Source: the human T2T-CHM13v2.0 reference genome, Homo sapiens
Assembly (NCBI RefSeq): GCF_009914755.1
Contig: NC_060941.1
DNA length: 64,000 bases
Reading direction: 5' to 3' (one strand)
Positions 40,401 through 54,500 of the stretch are shown one piece after another. Each line of letters begins with the position of its first letter. The stretch's first letter is position 1. Position numbers and translations under genes: made by a program. The notes below the pieces were generated by a model. That model ran no database searches and was not told where the DNA came from. It saw nothing but the letters and a program-made list of their open reading frames with translations.

Positions 40401-43400
40401 AGGAAATAACTTCCTATAAAAAGAAGACAGAAGCTTTCTCAGAAAATTCTTTGGGTTGATTGAGTTGAACTCACAGAGCTGAGCATTCCTTGCGATGTAG
40501 CAGTTTAGAAACACACTTTCTGCAGAATCTGCAAGTGCATATTTGGACCTCTCTGAGGAATTCGTTGGAAACGGGATAATTTCAGCTGACTAAACAGAAG
40601 CAGTCTCAGAATCTTCTTTGTGATGTTTGCATTCAAATCCCCGAGTTGAACTTTCCTTTCAAAGTTCACGTTTGAAACACTCTTTTTGCAGGATCTACAA
40701 GTGGATATTTGGACCACTCTGTGTCCTTCGTTCGAAACGGGTATATCTTCACATGACATCTAGACAGAAGCATTCTCAGAAGCTTCTCTGTGATGACTGC
40801 ATTCAACTCACGGAGTTGAACACTCCTTTTGAGAGCGCAGTTTTGAAACTCTCTTTCTGTGGCATCTGCAAGGGGACATGTAGACCTCTTTGAAGATTTC
40901 GTTGGAAACGGAATCATCTTCACATAAAAACTATACAGATGCATTCTCAGGAACTTTTTGGTGATGTTTGTATTCAACTCCCAGAGTTGAACTTTCCTTT
41001 GGAAAGAGCAGCTATGAAACACTGTTTTTCTAGAATCTGCAAGTGGACGTTTGGAGGGCTTTGTGGTTTGTGGTGGAAAAGGAAATATCTTCACCTAAAT
41101 ACTAGATAGAAGCATTCTCAGAAACTGCTTTGTGATGATTGCATTCACCTCACAGAGTTGAACATTCCTATTGATAGAGCAGTTTGGAAACACTCTTGTT
41201 GTGGAATGTGCAAGTGGAGATTTGGAGCGCTTTGAGGCCTATGGTAGTAAAGGGAATAGCTTCATAGAAAAACTAGACAGAAGCATTCTCAGAAAATACT
41301 TTGTGATGATTGAGTTTAACTCACAGAGCTGAACATTCCTTTGGATGGAGCAGGTTTGAGACACACTTTTTGTAGAATCTACAAGTGGATATTTGGACCT
41401 CTCTGAGGATTTCGTTGGAAACGGGATAACTGCACCTAACTAAACGGAAGCATTCTCAGAAACTTCTTGGTGATGTTTGCATTCAAATCCCAGAGTTGAA
41501 CCTTCCTTTGATAGTTCAGGTTTGAAACACTCTTTTTGTAGGATCTGCAAGTGGATATTTGAACCACTCTGTGGCCTTCGTTCGAAACGGGTATATCTTC
41601 GCATAAAATCTAGACAGAAGCCTTCTCAGAAACTTCTCTGTGATGATTGCATTCAACTCACAGAGTTGAACCCTCCTATGGATAGAGCAGTGTTGAAACT
41701 CTCTTTTTGTGGAATCTGCAAGTGGATATGTGGACCTCTCCGAAGATGTCTTTGGAAACGGGAATATCTTCACATAAAAACTAAACAGAAGCATTCTCAG
41801 AAACTTCTCTGTGATGTTTGTGTTCAACTCCCAGAGTTTCACATTGCTTTTCATAGAGTAGTTCTGAAACATGCTTTTCGTAGTGTCTACAAGTGGACAT
41901 TTGGAGCGCTTTCAGGCCTGTGGTGGAAAACGAATTATGGTCACATAAAAACTGGAGAGAAGCATTGTCAGAAACTTCTTTGTGATGATTGCATTCAACT
42001 CACAGAGTTGAAGGTTCCTTTTCAAAGAGCAGTTTCCAATCACTCTTTGTGTGGAATCTGCAAGTGGATATTTGGACCTATTTTGAAGATTTCGTTGGAA
42101 ACGGGAGAATCTTCACAGGAAAGCTAAACAGAAGCATTCTCAGAAACTTCTTTGTGATGCTTGCATTCAACTCACAGAGTTGAACTTTCCTTTCGAGAGA
42201 GAAGCTTTGAAACACTCTTTTTCCAGAATCTGCAAGTGGACATTTGGAGGGCTTTGAGGCCTGTGGTGGAAAAGGAATTATCTTCCCGTAAAAGCTAGAT
42301 AGAAGCATTCTCAGAAACTACTTTGTGATGATTGCATTCAAGTCACAGAGTTGAACATTCCCTTTGACAGAGCAGTTTGGAAACTCTCTTTGTGTAGAAT
42401 CTGCAAGTGGAGATATGGACCGCTTTGAGGCCTATGGTAGTAAAGGAAATAGCTTCATATAAAAGCTAGACAGTAGCATTCACAGAAAACTCTTGGTGAC
42501 GACTGAGTTTAACTCACAGAGCTGAACATTCCTTTGGATGGAGCAGTTTCGAAACACACTATTTGTAGAATGTGCAAGTGGATATTTAGGCCTCTCTGAG
42601 GATTTCGTTGGAAACGGGATAAACCGCACAGAACTAAACAGAAGCATTCTCAGAACCTTCTTCGTGATGTTTGCATTCAACTCACAGTGTTGAACCTTTC
42701 TTTGATAGTTCAGGTTTGAAACGGTCTTTCTGTAGAAACTGCAAGTAGATATTTGGACCTCTCTGAGGATTTCGTTGGAAACGGGATAACCCGCACAGAA
42801 CTAAAACAGAAGCATTCTCAGAACCCTCTTCGTGATGTTTGCATTCAACTCACAGTGCTGAACCTTTCTTTGATAGTTCAGCTTTGAAACACTCTTTTTG
42901 TAGAAACTGCAAGTGGATATTTGGTCCTCTCTGAGCATTTCGTTGGAAACGGGATAAACTGCACAGAACTAAACAGAAGCATTCTCAGAACCTTCTTCGT
43001 GATGTCTGCATTCAACTCACAGTGTGGAACCTTTCTTTGATAGTTCAGGTTTGAAACACTCTTTTTGTAGAAACTGCAAGGGGATCATTGCACTCTTTGA
43101 GGAGTACCGTAGTAAAGGAAATAACTTCCTATAAAAAGAAGACAGAAGCTTTCTCAGAAAATTCTTTGGGATGATTGAGTTGAACTCACAGAGCTGAGCA
43201 TTCCTTGCGATGTAGCAGTTTAGAAACACACTTTCTGCAGAATCTGCAAGTGCATATTTGGACCTCTGTGAGGAATTCGTTGGAAACGGGATAATTTCAG
43301 CTGACTAAACAGAAGCAGTCTCAGAATCTTCTTTGTGATGTTTGCATTCAAATCCCCGAGTTGAACTTTCCTTTCAAAGTTCACGTTTGAAACACTCTTT

Positions 43401-45987
43401 TTGCAGGATCTACAAGTGGATATTTGGACCACTCTGTGTCCTTCGTTCGAAACGGGTATATCTTCACATGACATCTAGACAGAAGCATCCTCAGAAGCTT
43501 CTCTGTGATGACTGCATTCAACTCACGGAGTTGAACACTCCTTTTGAGAGCGCAGTTTTGAAACTCTCTTTCTGTGGCATCTGCAAGGGGACATGTAGAC
43601 CTCTTTGAAGATTTCGTTGGAAACGGAATCATCTTCACATAAAAACTACACAGATGCATTCTCAGGAACTTTTTGGTGATGTTTGTATTCAACTCCCAGA
43701 GTTGAACTTTCCTTTGGAAAGAGCAGCTATGAAACACTGTTTTTCTAGAATCTGCAAGTGGACGTTTGGAGGGCTTTGTGGTTTGTGGTGGAAAAGGAAA
43801 TATCTTCACCTAAATACTAGATAGAAGCATTCTCAGAAACTGCTTTGTGATGATTGCATTCACCTCACAGAGTTGAACATTCCTATTGATAGAGCAGTTT
43901 GGAAACACTCTTGTTGTGGAATGTGCAAGTGGAGATTTGGAGCGCTTTGAGGCCTATGGTAGTAAAGGGAATAGCTTCATAGAAAAACTAGACAGAAGCA
44001 TTCTCAGAAAATACTTTGTGATGATTGAGTTTAACTCACAGAGCTGAACATTCCTTTGGATGGAGCAGGTTTGAGACACACTTTTTGTAGAATCTACAAG
44101 TGGATATTTGGACCTCTCTGAGGATTTCGTTGGAAACGGGATAACTGCACCTAACTAAACGGAAGCATTCTCAGAAACTTCTTGGTGATGTTTGCATTCA
44201 AATCCCAGAGTTGAACCTTCCTTTGATAGTTCAGGTTTGAAACACTCTTTTTGTAGGATCTGCAAGTGGATATTTGGACCACTCTGTGGCCTTCGTTCGA
44301 AACGGGTATATCTTCGCATAAAATCTAGACAGAAGCCTTCTCAGAAACTTCTCTGTGATGATTGCATTCAACTCACAGAGTTGAACCCTCCTATGGATAG
44401 AGCAGTGTTGAAACTCTCTTTTTGTGGAATCTGCAAGTGGATATGTGGACCTCTCCGAAGATGTCTTTGGAAACGGGAATATCTTCACATAAAAACTAAA
44501 CAGAAGCATTCTCAGAAACTTCTCTGTGATGTTTGTGTTCAACTCCCAGAGTTTCACATTGCTTTTCATAGAGTAGTTCTGAAACATGCTTTTCGTAGTG
44601 TCTACAAGTGGACATTTGGAGCGCTTTCAGGCCTGTGGTGGAAAACGAATTATGGTCACATAAAAACTGGAGAGAAGCATTGTCAGAAACTTCTTTGTGA
44701 TGATTGCATTCAACTCACAGAGTTGAAGGTTCCTTTTCAAAGAGCAGTTTCCAATCACTCTTTCTGTGGAATCTGCAAGTGGATATTTGGACCTATTTTG
44801 AAGATTTCGTTGGAAACGGGAGAATCTTCACAGGAAAGCTAAACAGAAGCATTCTCAGAAACTTCTTTGTGATGCTTGCATTCAACTCACAGAGTTGAAC
44901 TTTCCTTTCGAGAGAGAAGCTTTGAAACACTCTTTTTCCAGAATCTGCAAGTGGACATTTGGAGGGCTTTGAGGCCTGTGGTGGAAAAGGAATTATCTTC
45001 CCGTAAAAGCTAGATAGAAGCATTCTCAGAAACTACTTTGTGATGATTGCATTCAAGTCACAGAGTTGAACATTCCCTTTGACAGAGCAGTTTGGAAACT
45101 CTCTTTGTGTAGAATCTGCAAGTGGAGATATGGACCGCTTTGAGGCCTATGGTAGTAAAGGAAATAGCTTCATATAAAAGCTAGACAGTAGCATTCACAG
45201 AAAACTCTTGGTGACGACTGAGTTTAACTCACAGAGCTGAACATTCCTTTGGATGGAGCAGTTTCGAAACACACTATTTGTAGAATGTGCAAGTGGATAT
45301 TTAGGCCTCTCTGAGGATTTCGTTGGAAACGGGATAAACCGCACAGAACTAAACAGAAGCATTCTCAGAACCTTCTTCGTGATGTTTGCATTCAACTCAC
45401 AGTGTTGAACCTTTCTTTGATAGTTCAGGTTTGAAACGGTCTTTCTGTAGAAACTGCAAGTAGATATTTGGACCTCTCTGAGGATTTCGTTGGAAACGGG
45501 ATAACCCGCACAGAACTAAAACAGAAGCATTCTCAGAACCCTCTTCGTGATGTTTGCATTCAACTCACAGTGCTGAACCTTTCTTTGATAGTTCAGCTTT
45601 GAAACACTCTTTTTGTAGAAACTGCAAGTGGATATTTGGTCCTCTCTGAGCATTTCGTTGGAAACGGGATAAACTGCACAGAACTAAACAGAAGCATTCT
45701 CAGAACCTTCTTCGTGATGTCTGCATTCAACTCACAGTGTGGAACCTTTCTTTGATAGTTCAGGTTTGAAACACTCTTTTTGTAGAAACTGCAAGGGGAT
45801 CATTGCACTCTTTGAGGAGTACCGTAGTAAAGGAAATAACTTCCTATAAAAAGAAGACAGAAGCTTTCTCAGAAAATTCTTTGGGATGATTGAGTTGAAC
45901 TCACAGAGCTGAGCATTCCTTGCGATGTAGCAGTTTAGAAACACACTTTCTGCAGAATCTGCAAGTGCATATTTGGACCTCTGTGAG

Positions 45988-48534
45988 GAATTCGTTGGAA
46001 ACGGGATAATTTCAGCTGACTAAACAGAAGCAGTCTCAGAATCTTCTTTGTGATGTTTGCATTCAAATCCCCGAGTTGAACTTTCCTTTCAAAGTTCACG
46101 TTTGAAACACTCTTTTTGCAGGATCTACAAGTGGATATTTGGACCACTCTGTGTCCTTCGTTCGAAACGGGTATATCTTCACATGACATCTAGACAGAAG
46201 CATCCTCAGAAGCTTCTCTGTGATGACTGCATTCAACTCACGGAGTTGAACACTCCTTTTGAGAGCGCAGTTTTGAAACTCTCTTTCTGTGGCATCTGCA
46301 AGGGGACATGTAGACCTCTTTGAAGATTTCGTTGGAAACGGAATCATCTTCACATAAAAACTATACAGATGCATTCTCAGGAACTTTTTGGTGATGTTTG
46401 TATTCAACTCCCAGAGTTGAACTTTCCTTTGGAAAGAGCAGCTATGAAACACTGTTTTTCTAGAATCTGCAAGTGGACGTTTGGAGGGCTTTGTGGTTTG
46501 TGGTGGAAAAGGAAATATCTTCACCTAAATACTAGATAGAAGCATTCTCAGAAACTGCTTTGTGATGATTGCATTCACCTCACAGAGTTGAACATTCCTA
46601 TTGATAGAGCAGTTTGGAAACACTCTTGTTGTGGAATGTGCAAGTGGAGATTTGGAGCGCTTTGAGGCCTATGGTAGTAAAGGGAATAGCTTCATAGAAA
46701 AACTAGACAGAAGCATTCTCAGAAAATACTTTGTGATGATTGAGTTTAACTCACAGAGCTGAACATTCCTTTGGATGGAGCAGGTTTGAGACACACTTTT
46801 TGTAGAATCTACAAGTGGATATTTGGACCTCTCTGAGGATTTCGTTGGAAACGGGATAACTGCACCTAACTAAACGGAAGCATTCTCAGAAACTTCTTGG
46901 TGATGTTTGCATTCAAATCCCAGAGTTGAACCTTCCTTTGATAGTTCAGGTTTGAAACACTCTTTTTGTAGGATCTGCAAGTGGATATTTGGACCACTCT
47001 GTGGCCTTCGTTCGAAACGGGTATATCTTCGCATAAAATCTAGACAGAAGCCTTCTCAGAAACTTCTCTGTGATGATTGCATTCAACTCACAGAGTTGAA
47101 CCCTCCTATGGATAGAGCAGTGTTGAAACTCTCTTTTTGTGGAATCTGCAAGTGGATATGTGGACCTCTCCGAAGATGTCTTTGGAAACGGGACTATCTT
47201 CACATAAAAACTAAACAGAAGCATTCTCAGAAACTTCTCTGTGATGTTTGAGTTCAACTCCCAGAGTGTCACATTGCTTCTCATAGAGTAGTTCTGAAAC
47301 ATGCTTTTCGTAGTGTCTACAAGTGGACATTTGGAGCGCTTTCAGGCCTGTGGTGGAAAACGAATTATGGTCACATAAAAACTGGAGAGAAGCATTGTCA
47401 GAAACTTCTTTGTGATGATTGCATTCAACTCACAGAGTTGAAGGTTCCTTTTCAAAGAGCAGTTTCCAATCACTCTTTCTGTGGAATCTGCAAGTGGATA
47501 TTTGGACCTATTTTGAAGATTTCGTTGGAAACGGGAGAATCTTCACAGGAAAGCTAAACAGAAGCATTCTCAGAAACTTCTTTGTGATGCTTGCATTCAA
47601 CTCACAGAGTTGAACTTTCCTTTCGAGAGAGAAGCTTTGAAACACTCTTTTTCCAGAATCTGCAAGTGGACATTTGGAGGGCTTTGAGGCCTGTGGTGGA
47701 AAAGGAATTATCTTCCCGTAAAAGCTAGATAGAAGCATTCTCAGAAACTACTTTGTGATGATTGCATTCAAGTCACAGAGTTGAACATTCCCTTTGACAG
47801 AGCAGTTTGGAAACTCTCTTTGTGTAGAATCTGCAAGTGGAGATACGGACCGCTTTGAGGCCTATGGTAGTAAAGGAAATAGCTTCATATAAAAGTTAGA
47901 CAGTAGCATTCACAGAAAACTCTTGGTGACGACTGAGTTTAACTCACAGAGCTGAACATTCCTTTGGATGGAGCAGTTTCGAAACACACTATTTGTAGAA
48001 TGTGCAAGTGGATATTTAGGCCTCTCTGAGGATTTCGTTGGAAACGGGATAAACCGCACAGAACTAAACAGAAGCATTCTCAGAACCTTCTTCGTGATGT
48101 TTCCATTCAACTCACAGTGTTGAACCTTTCTTTGATAGTTCAGGTTTGAAACGGTCTTTCTGTAGAAACTGCAAGTAGATATTTGGACCTCTCTGAGCAT
48201 TTCGTTGGAAACGGGATAAACTGCACAGAACTAAACAGAAGCATTCTCTGAACCTTCTTCGTGATGTCTGCATTCAACTCACAGTGTGGAACCTTTCTTT
48301 GATAGTTCAGGTTTGAAACACTCTTTTTGTAGAAACTGCAAGGGGATCATTGCACTCTTTGAGGAGTACCGTAGTAAAGGAAATAACTTCCTATAAAAAG
48401 AAGACAGAAGCTTTCTCAGAAAATTCTTTGGGATGATTGAGTTGAACTCACAGAGCTGAGCATTCCTTGCGATGTAGCAGTTTAGAAACACACTTTCTGC
48501 AGAATCTGCAAGTGCATATTTGGACCTCTCTGAG
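45988..48534 (+). repeat. 15-mer HOR structural variant (2,547 bp; 168-bp deletion of one triplicated monomer)
   Basis: EcoRI spacing from 45988 to 48535 is 2547. The GGGATAACCCGCAC...TTGGTCC segment is absent, and the ORF track shifts by 168 bp here. Confidence 0.93.
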
Positions 48535-51500
48535 GAATTCGTTGGAAACGGGATAATTTCAGCTGACTAAACAGAAGCAGTCTCAGAATCTTCTTTGTGA
48601 TGTTTGCATTCAAATCCCCGAGTTGAACTTTCCTTTCAAAGTTCACGTTTGAAACACTCTTTTTGCAGGATCTACAAGTGGATATTTGGACCACTCTGTG
48701 TCCTTCGTTCGAAACGGGTATATCTTCACATGACATCTAGACAGAAGCATTCTCAGAAGCTTCTCTGTGATGACTGCATTCAACTCACGGAGTTGAACAC
48801 TCCTTTTGAGAGCGCAGTTTTGAAACTCTCTTTCTGTGGCATCAGCAAGGGGACATGTAGACCTCTTTGAAGATTTCGTTGGAAACGGAATCATCTTCAC
48901 ATAAAAACTATACAGATGCATTCTCAGGAACTTTTTGGTGATGTTTGTATTCAACTCCCAGAGTTGAACTTTCCTTTGGAAAGAGCAGCTATGAAACACT
49001 GTTTCTCTAGAATCTGCAAGTGGACGTTTGGAGGGCTTTGTGGTTTGTGGTGGAAAAGGAAATATCTTCACCTAAATACTAGATAGAAGCATTCTCAGAA
49101 ACTGCTTTGTGATGATTGCATTCACCTCACAGAGTTGAACATTCCTATTGATAGAGCAGTTTGGAAACACTCTTGTTGTGGAATGTGCAAGTGGAGATTT
49201 GGAGCGCTTTGAGGCCTATGGTAGTAAAGGGAATAGCTTCATAGAAAAACTAGACAGAAGCATTCTCAGAAAATACTTTGTGATGATTGAGTTTAACTCA
49301 CAGAGCTGAACATTCCTTTGGATGGAGCAGGTTTGAGACACACTTTTTGTAGAATCTACAAGTGGATATTTGGACCTCTCTGAGGATTTCGTTGGAAACG
49401 GGATAACTGCACCTAACTAAACGGAAGCATTCTCAGAAACTTCTTGGTGATGTTTGCATTCAAATCCCAGAGTTGAACCTTCCTTTGATAGTTCAGGTTT
49501 GAAACACTCTTTTTGTAGGATCTGCAAGTGGATATTTGGACCACTCTGTGGCCTTCGTTCGAAACGGGTATATCTTCGCATAAAATCTAGACAGAAGCCT
49601 TCTCAGAAACTTCTCTGTGATGATTGCATTCAACTCACAGAGTTGAACCCTCCTATGGATAGAGCAGTGTTGAAACTCTCTTTTTGTGGAATCTGCAAGT
49701 GGATATGTGGACCTCTCCGAAGATGTCTTTGGAAACGGGAATATCTTCACATAAAAACTAAACAGAAGCATTCTCAGAAACTTCTCTGTGATGTTTGTGT
49801 TCAACTCCCAGAGTTTCACATTGCTTTTCATAGAGTAGTTCTGAAACATGCTTTTCGTAGTGTCTACAAGTGGACATTTGGAGCGCTTTCAGGCCTGTGG
49901 TGGAAAACGAATTATGGTCACATAAAAACTGGAGAGAAGCATTGTCAGAAACTTCTTTGTGATGATTGCATTCAACTCACAGAGTTGAAGGTTCCTTTTC
50001 AAAGAGCAGTTTCCAATCACTCTTTCTGTGGAATCTGCAAGTGGATATTTGGACCTATTTTGAAGATTTCGTTGGAAACGGGAGAATCTTCACAGGAAAG
50101 CTAAACAGAAGCATTCTCAGAAACTTCTTTGTGATGCTTGCATTCAACTCACAGAGTTGAACTTTCCTTTCGAGAGAGAAGCTTTGAAACACTCTTTTTC
50201 CAGAATCTGCAAGTGGACATTTGGAGGGCTTTGAGGCCTGTGGTGGAAAAGGAATTATCTTCCCGTAAAAGCTAGATAGAAGCATTCTCAGAAACTACTT
50301 TGTGATGATTGCATTCAAGTCACAGAGTTGAACATTCCCTTTGACAGAGCAGTTTGGAAACTCTCTTTGTGTAGAATCTGCAAGTGGAGATACGGACCGC
50401 TTTGAGGCCTATGGTAGTAAAGGAAATAGCTTCATATAAAAGCTAGACAGTAGCATTCACAGAAAACTCTTGGTGACGACTGAGTTTAACTCACAGAGCT
50501 GAACATTCCTTTGGATGGAGCAGTTTCGAAACACACTATTTGTAGAATGTGCAAGTGGATATTTAGGCCTCTCTGAGGATTTCGTTGGAAACGGGATAAA
50601 CCGCACAGAACTAAACAGAAGCATTCTCAGAACCTTCTTCGTGATGTTTGCATTCAACTCACAGTGTTGAACCTTTCTTTGATAGTTCAGGTTTGAAACG
50701 GTCTTTCTGTAGAAACTGCAAGTAGATATTTGGACCTCTCTGAGGATTTCGTTGGAAACGGGATAACCCGCACAGAACTAAAACAGAAGCATTCTCAGAA
50801 CCCTCTTCGTGATGTTTGCATTCAACTCACAGTGCTGAACCTTTCTTTGATAGTTCAGCTTTGAAACACTCTTTTTGTAGAAACTGCAAGTGGATATTTG
50901 GTCCTCTCTGAGCATTTCGTTGGAAACGGGATAAACTGCACAGAACTAAACAGAAGCATTCTCAGAACCTTCTTCGTGATGTCTGCATTCAACTCACAGT
51001 GTGGAACCTTTCTTTGATAGTTCAGGTTTGAAACACTCTTTTTGTAGAAACTGCAAGGGGATCATTGCACTCTTTGAGGAGTACCGTAGTAAAGGAAATA
51101 ACTTCCTATAAAAAGAAGACAGAAGCTTTCTCAGAAAATTCTTTGGGATGATTGAGTTGAACTCACAGAGCTGAGCATTCCTTGCGATGTAGCAGTTTAG
51201 AAACACACTTTCTGCAGAATCTGCAAGTGCATATTTGGACCTCTGTGAGGAATTCGTTGGAAACGGGATAATTTCAGCTGACTAAACAGAAGCAGTCTCA
51301 GAATCTTCTTTGTGATGTTTGCATTCAAATCCCCGAGTTGAACTTTCCTTTCAAAGTTCACGTTTGAAACACTCTTTTTGCAGGATCTACAAGTGGATAT
51401 TTGGACCACTCTGTGTCCTTCGTTCGAAACGGGTATATCTTCACATGACATCTAGACAGAAGCATTCTCAGAAGCTTCTCTGTGATGACTGCATTCAACT

Positions 51501-54500
51501 CACGGAGTTGAACACTCCTTTTGAGAGCGCAGTTTTGAAACTCTCTTTCTGTGGCATCTGCAAGGGGACATGTAGACCTCTTTGAAGATTTCGTTGGAAA
51601 CGGAATCATCTTCACATAAAAACTATACAGATGCATTCTCAGGAACTTTTTGGTGATGTTTGTATTCAACTCCCAGAGTTGAACTTTCCTTTGGAAAGAG
51701 CAGCTATGAAACACTCTTTTTCTAGAATCTGCAAGTGGACGTTTGGAGGGCTTTGTGGTTTGTGGTGGAAAAGGAAATATCTTCACCTAAATACTAGATA
51801 GAAGCATTCTCAGAAACTGCTTTGTGATGATTGCATTCACCTCACAGAGTTGAACATTCCTATTGATAGAGCAGTTTGGAAACACTCTTGTTGTGGAATG
51901 TGCAAGTGGAGATTTGGAGCGCTTTGAGGCCTATGGTAGTAAAGGGAATAGCTTCATAGAAAAACTAGACAGAAGCATTCTCAGAAAATACTTTGTGATG
52001 ATTGAGTTTAACTCACAGAGCTGAACATTCCTTTGGATGGAGCAGGTTTGAGACACACTTTTTGTAGAATCTACAAGTGGATATTTGGACCTCTCTGAGG
52101 ATTTCGTTGGAAACGGGATAACTGCACCTAACTAAACGGAAGCATTCTCAGAAACTTCTTGGTGATGTTTGCATTCAAATCCCAGAGTTGAACCTTCCTT
52201 TGATAGTTCAGGTTTGAAACACTCTTTTTGTAGGATCTGCAAGTGGATATTTGGACCACTCTGTGGCCTTCGTTCGAAACGGGTATATCTTCGCATAAAA
52301 TCTAGACAGAAGCCTTCTCAGAAACTTCTCTGTGATGATTGCATTCAACTCACAGAGTTGAACCCTCCTATGGATAGAGCAGTGTTGAAACTCTCTTTTT
52401 GTGGAATCTGCAAGTGGATATGTGGACCTCTCCGAAGATGTCTTTGGAAACGGGAATATCTTCACATAAAAACTAAACAGAAGCATTCTCAGAAACTTCT
52501 CTGTGATGTTTGTGTTCAACTCCCAGAGTTTCACATTGCTTTTCATAGAGTAGTTCTGAAACATGCTTTTCGTAGTGTCTACAAGTGGACATTTGGAGCG
52601 CTTTCAGGCCTGTGGTGGAAAACGAATTATGGTCACATAAAAACTGGAGAGAAGCATTGTCAGAAACTTCTTTGTGATGATTGCATTCAACTCACAGAGT
52701 TGAAGGTTCCTTTTCAAAGAGCAGTTTCCAATCACTCTTTCTGTGGAATCTGCAAGTGGATATTTGGACCTATTTTGAAGATTTCGTTGGAAACGGGAGA
52801 ATCTTCACAGGAAAGCTAAACAGAAGCATTCTCAGAAACTTCTTTGTGATGCTTGCATTCAACTCACAGAGTTGAACTTTCCTTTCGAGAGAGAAGCTTT
52901 GAAACACTCTTTTTCCAGAATCTGCAAGTGGACATTTGGAGGGCTTTGAGGCCTGTGGTGGAAAAGGAATTATCTTCCCGTAAAAGCTAGATAGAAGCAT
53001 TCTCAGAAACTACTTTGTGATGATTGCATTCAAGTCACAGAGTTGAACATTCCCTTTGACAGAGCAGTTTGGAAACTCTCTTTGTGTAGAATCTGCAAGT
53101 GGAGATATGGACCGCTTTGAGGCCTATGGTAGTAAAGGAAATAGCTTCATATAAAAGCTAGACAGTAGCATTCACAGAAAACTCTTGGTGACGACTGAGT
53201 TTAACTCACAGAGCTGAACATTCCTTTGGATGGAGCAGTTTCGAAACACACTATTTGTAGAATGTGCAAGTGGATATTTAGGCCTCTCTGAGGATTTCGT
53301 TGGAAACGGGATAAACCGCACAGAACTAAACAGAAGCATTCTCAGAACCTTCTTCGTGATGTTTGCATTCAACTCACAGTGTTGAACCTTTCTTTGATAG
53401 TTCAGGTTTGAAACGGTCTTTCTGTAGAAACTGCAAGTAGATATTTGGACCTCTCTGAGGATTTCGTTGGAAACGGGATAACCCGCACAGAACTAAAACA
53501 GAAGCATTCTCAGAACCCTCTTCGTGATGTTTGCATTCAACTCACAGTGCTGAACCTTTCTTTGATAGTTCAGCTTTGAAACACTCTTTTTGTAGAAACT
53601 GCAAGTGGATATTTGGTCCTCTCTGAGCATTTCGTTGGAAACGGGATAAACTGCACAGAACTAAACAGAAGCATTCTCAGAACCTTCTTCGTGATGTCTG
53701 CATTCAACTCACAGTGTGGAACCTTTCTTTGATAGTTCAGGTTTGAAACACTCTTTTTGTAGAAACTGCAAGGGGATCATTGCACTCTTTGAGGAGTACC
53801 GTAGTAAAGGAAATAACTTCCTATAAAAAGAAGACAGAAGCTTTCTCAGAAAATTCTTTGGGATGATTGAGTTGAACTCACAGAGCTGAGCATTCCTTGC
53901 GATGTAGCAGTTTAGAAACACACTTTCTGCAGAATCTGCAAGTGCATATTTGGACCTCTGTGAGGAATTCGTTGGAAACGGGATAATTTCAGCTGACTAA
54001 ACAGAAGCAGTCTCAGAATCTTCTTTGTGATGTTTGCATTCAAATCCCCGAGTTGAACTTTCCTTTCAAAGTTCACGTTTGAAACACTCTTTTTGCAGGA
54101 TCTACAAGTGGATATTTGGACCACTCTGTGTCCTTCGTTCGAAACGGGTATATCTTCACATGACATCTAGACAGAAGCATCCTCAGAAGCTTCTCTGTGA
54201 TGACTGCATTCAACTCACGGAGTTGAACACTCCTTTTGAGAGCGCAGTTTTGAAACTCTCTTTCTGTGGCATCTGCAAGGGGACATGTAGACCTCTTTGA
54301 AGATTTCGTTGGAAACGGAATCATCTTCACATAAAAACTATACAGATGCATTCTCAGGAACTTTTTGGTGATGTTTGTATTCAACTCCCAGAGTTGAACT
54401 TTCCTTTGGAAAGAGCAGCTATGAAACACTCTTTTTCTAGAATCTGCAAGTGGACGTTTGGAGGGCTTTGTGGTTTGTGGTGGAAAAGGAAATATCTTCA

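Noticed and set aside
47910-48200. Unique 96-aa ORF (and the 175-aa ORF at 54073-54600) as novel genes
   Set aside because: These are by-products of local sequence variants in the 15-mer unit and of a single stop-removing SNV near 54504, respectively.
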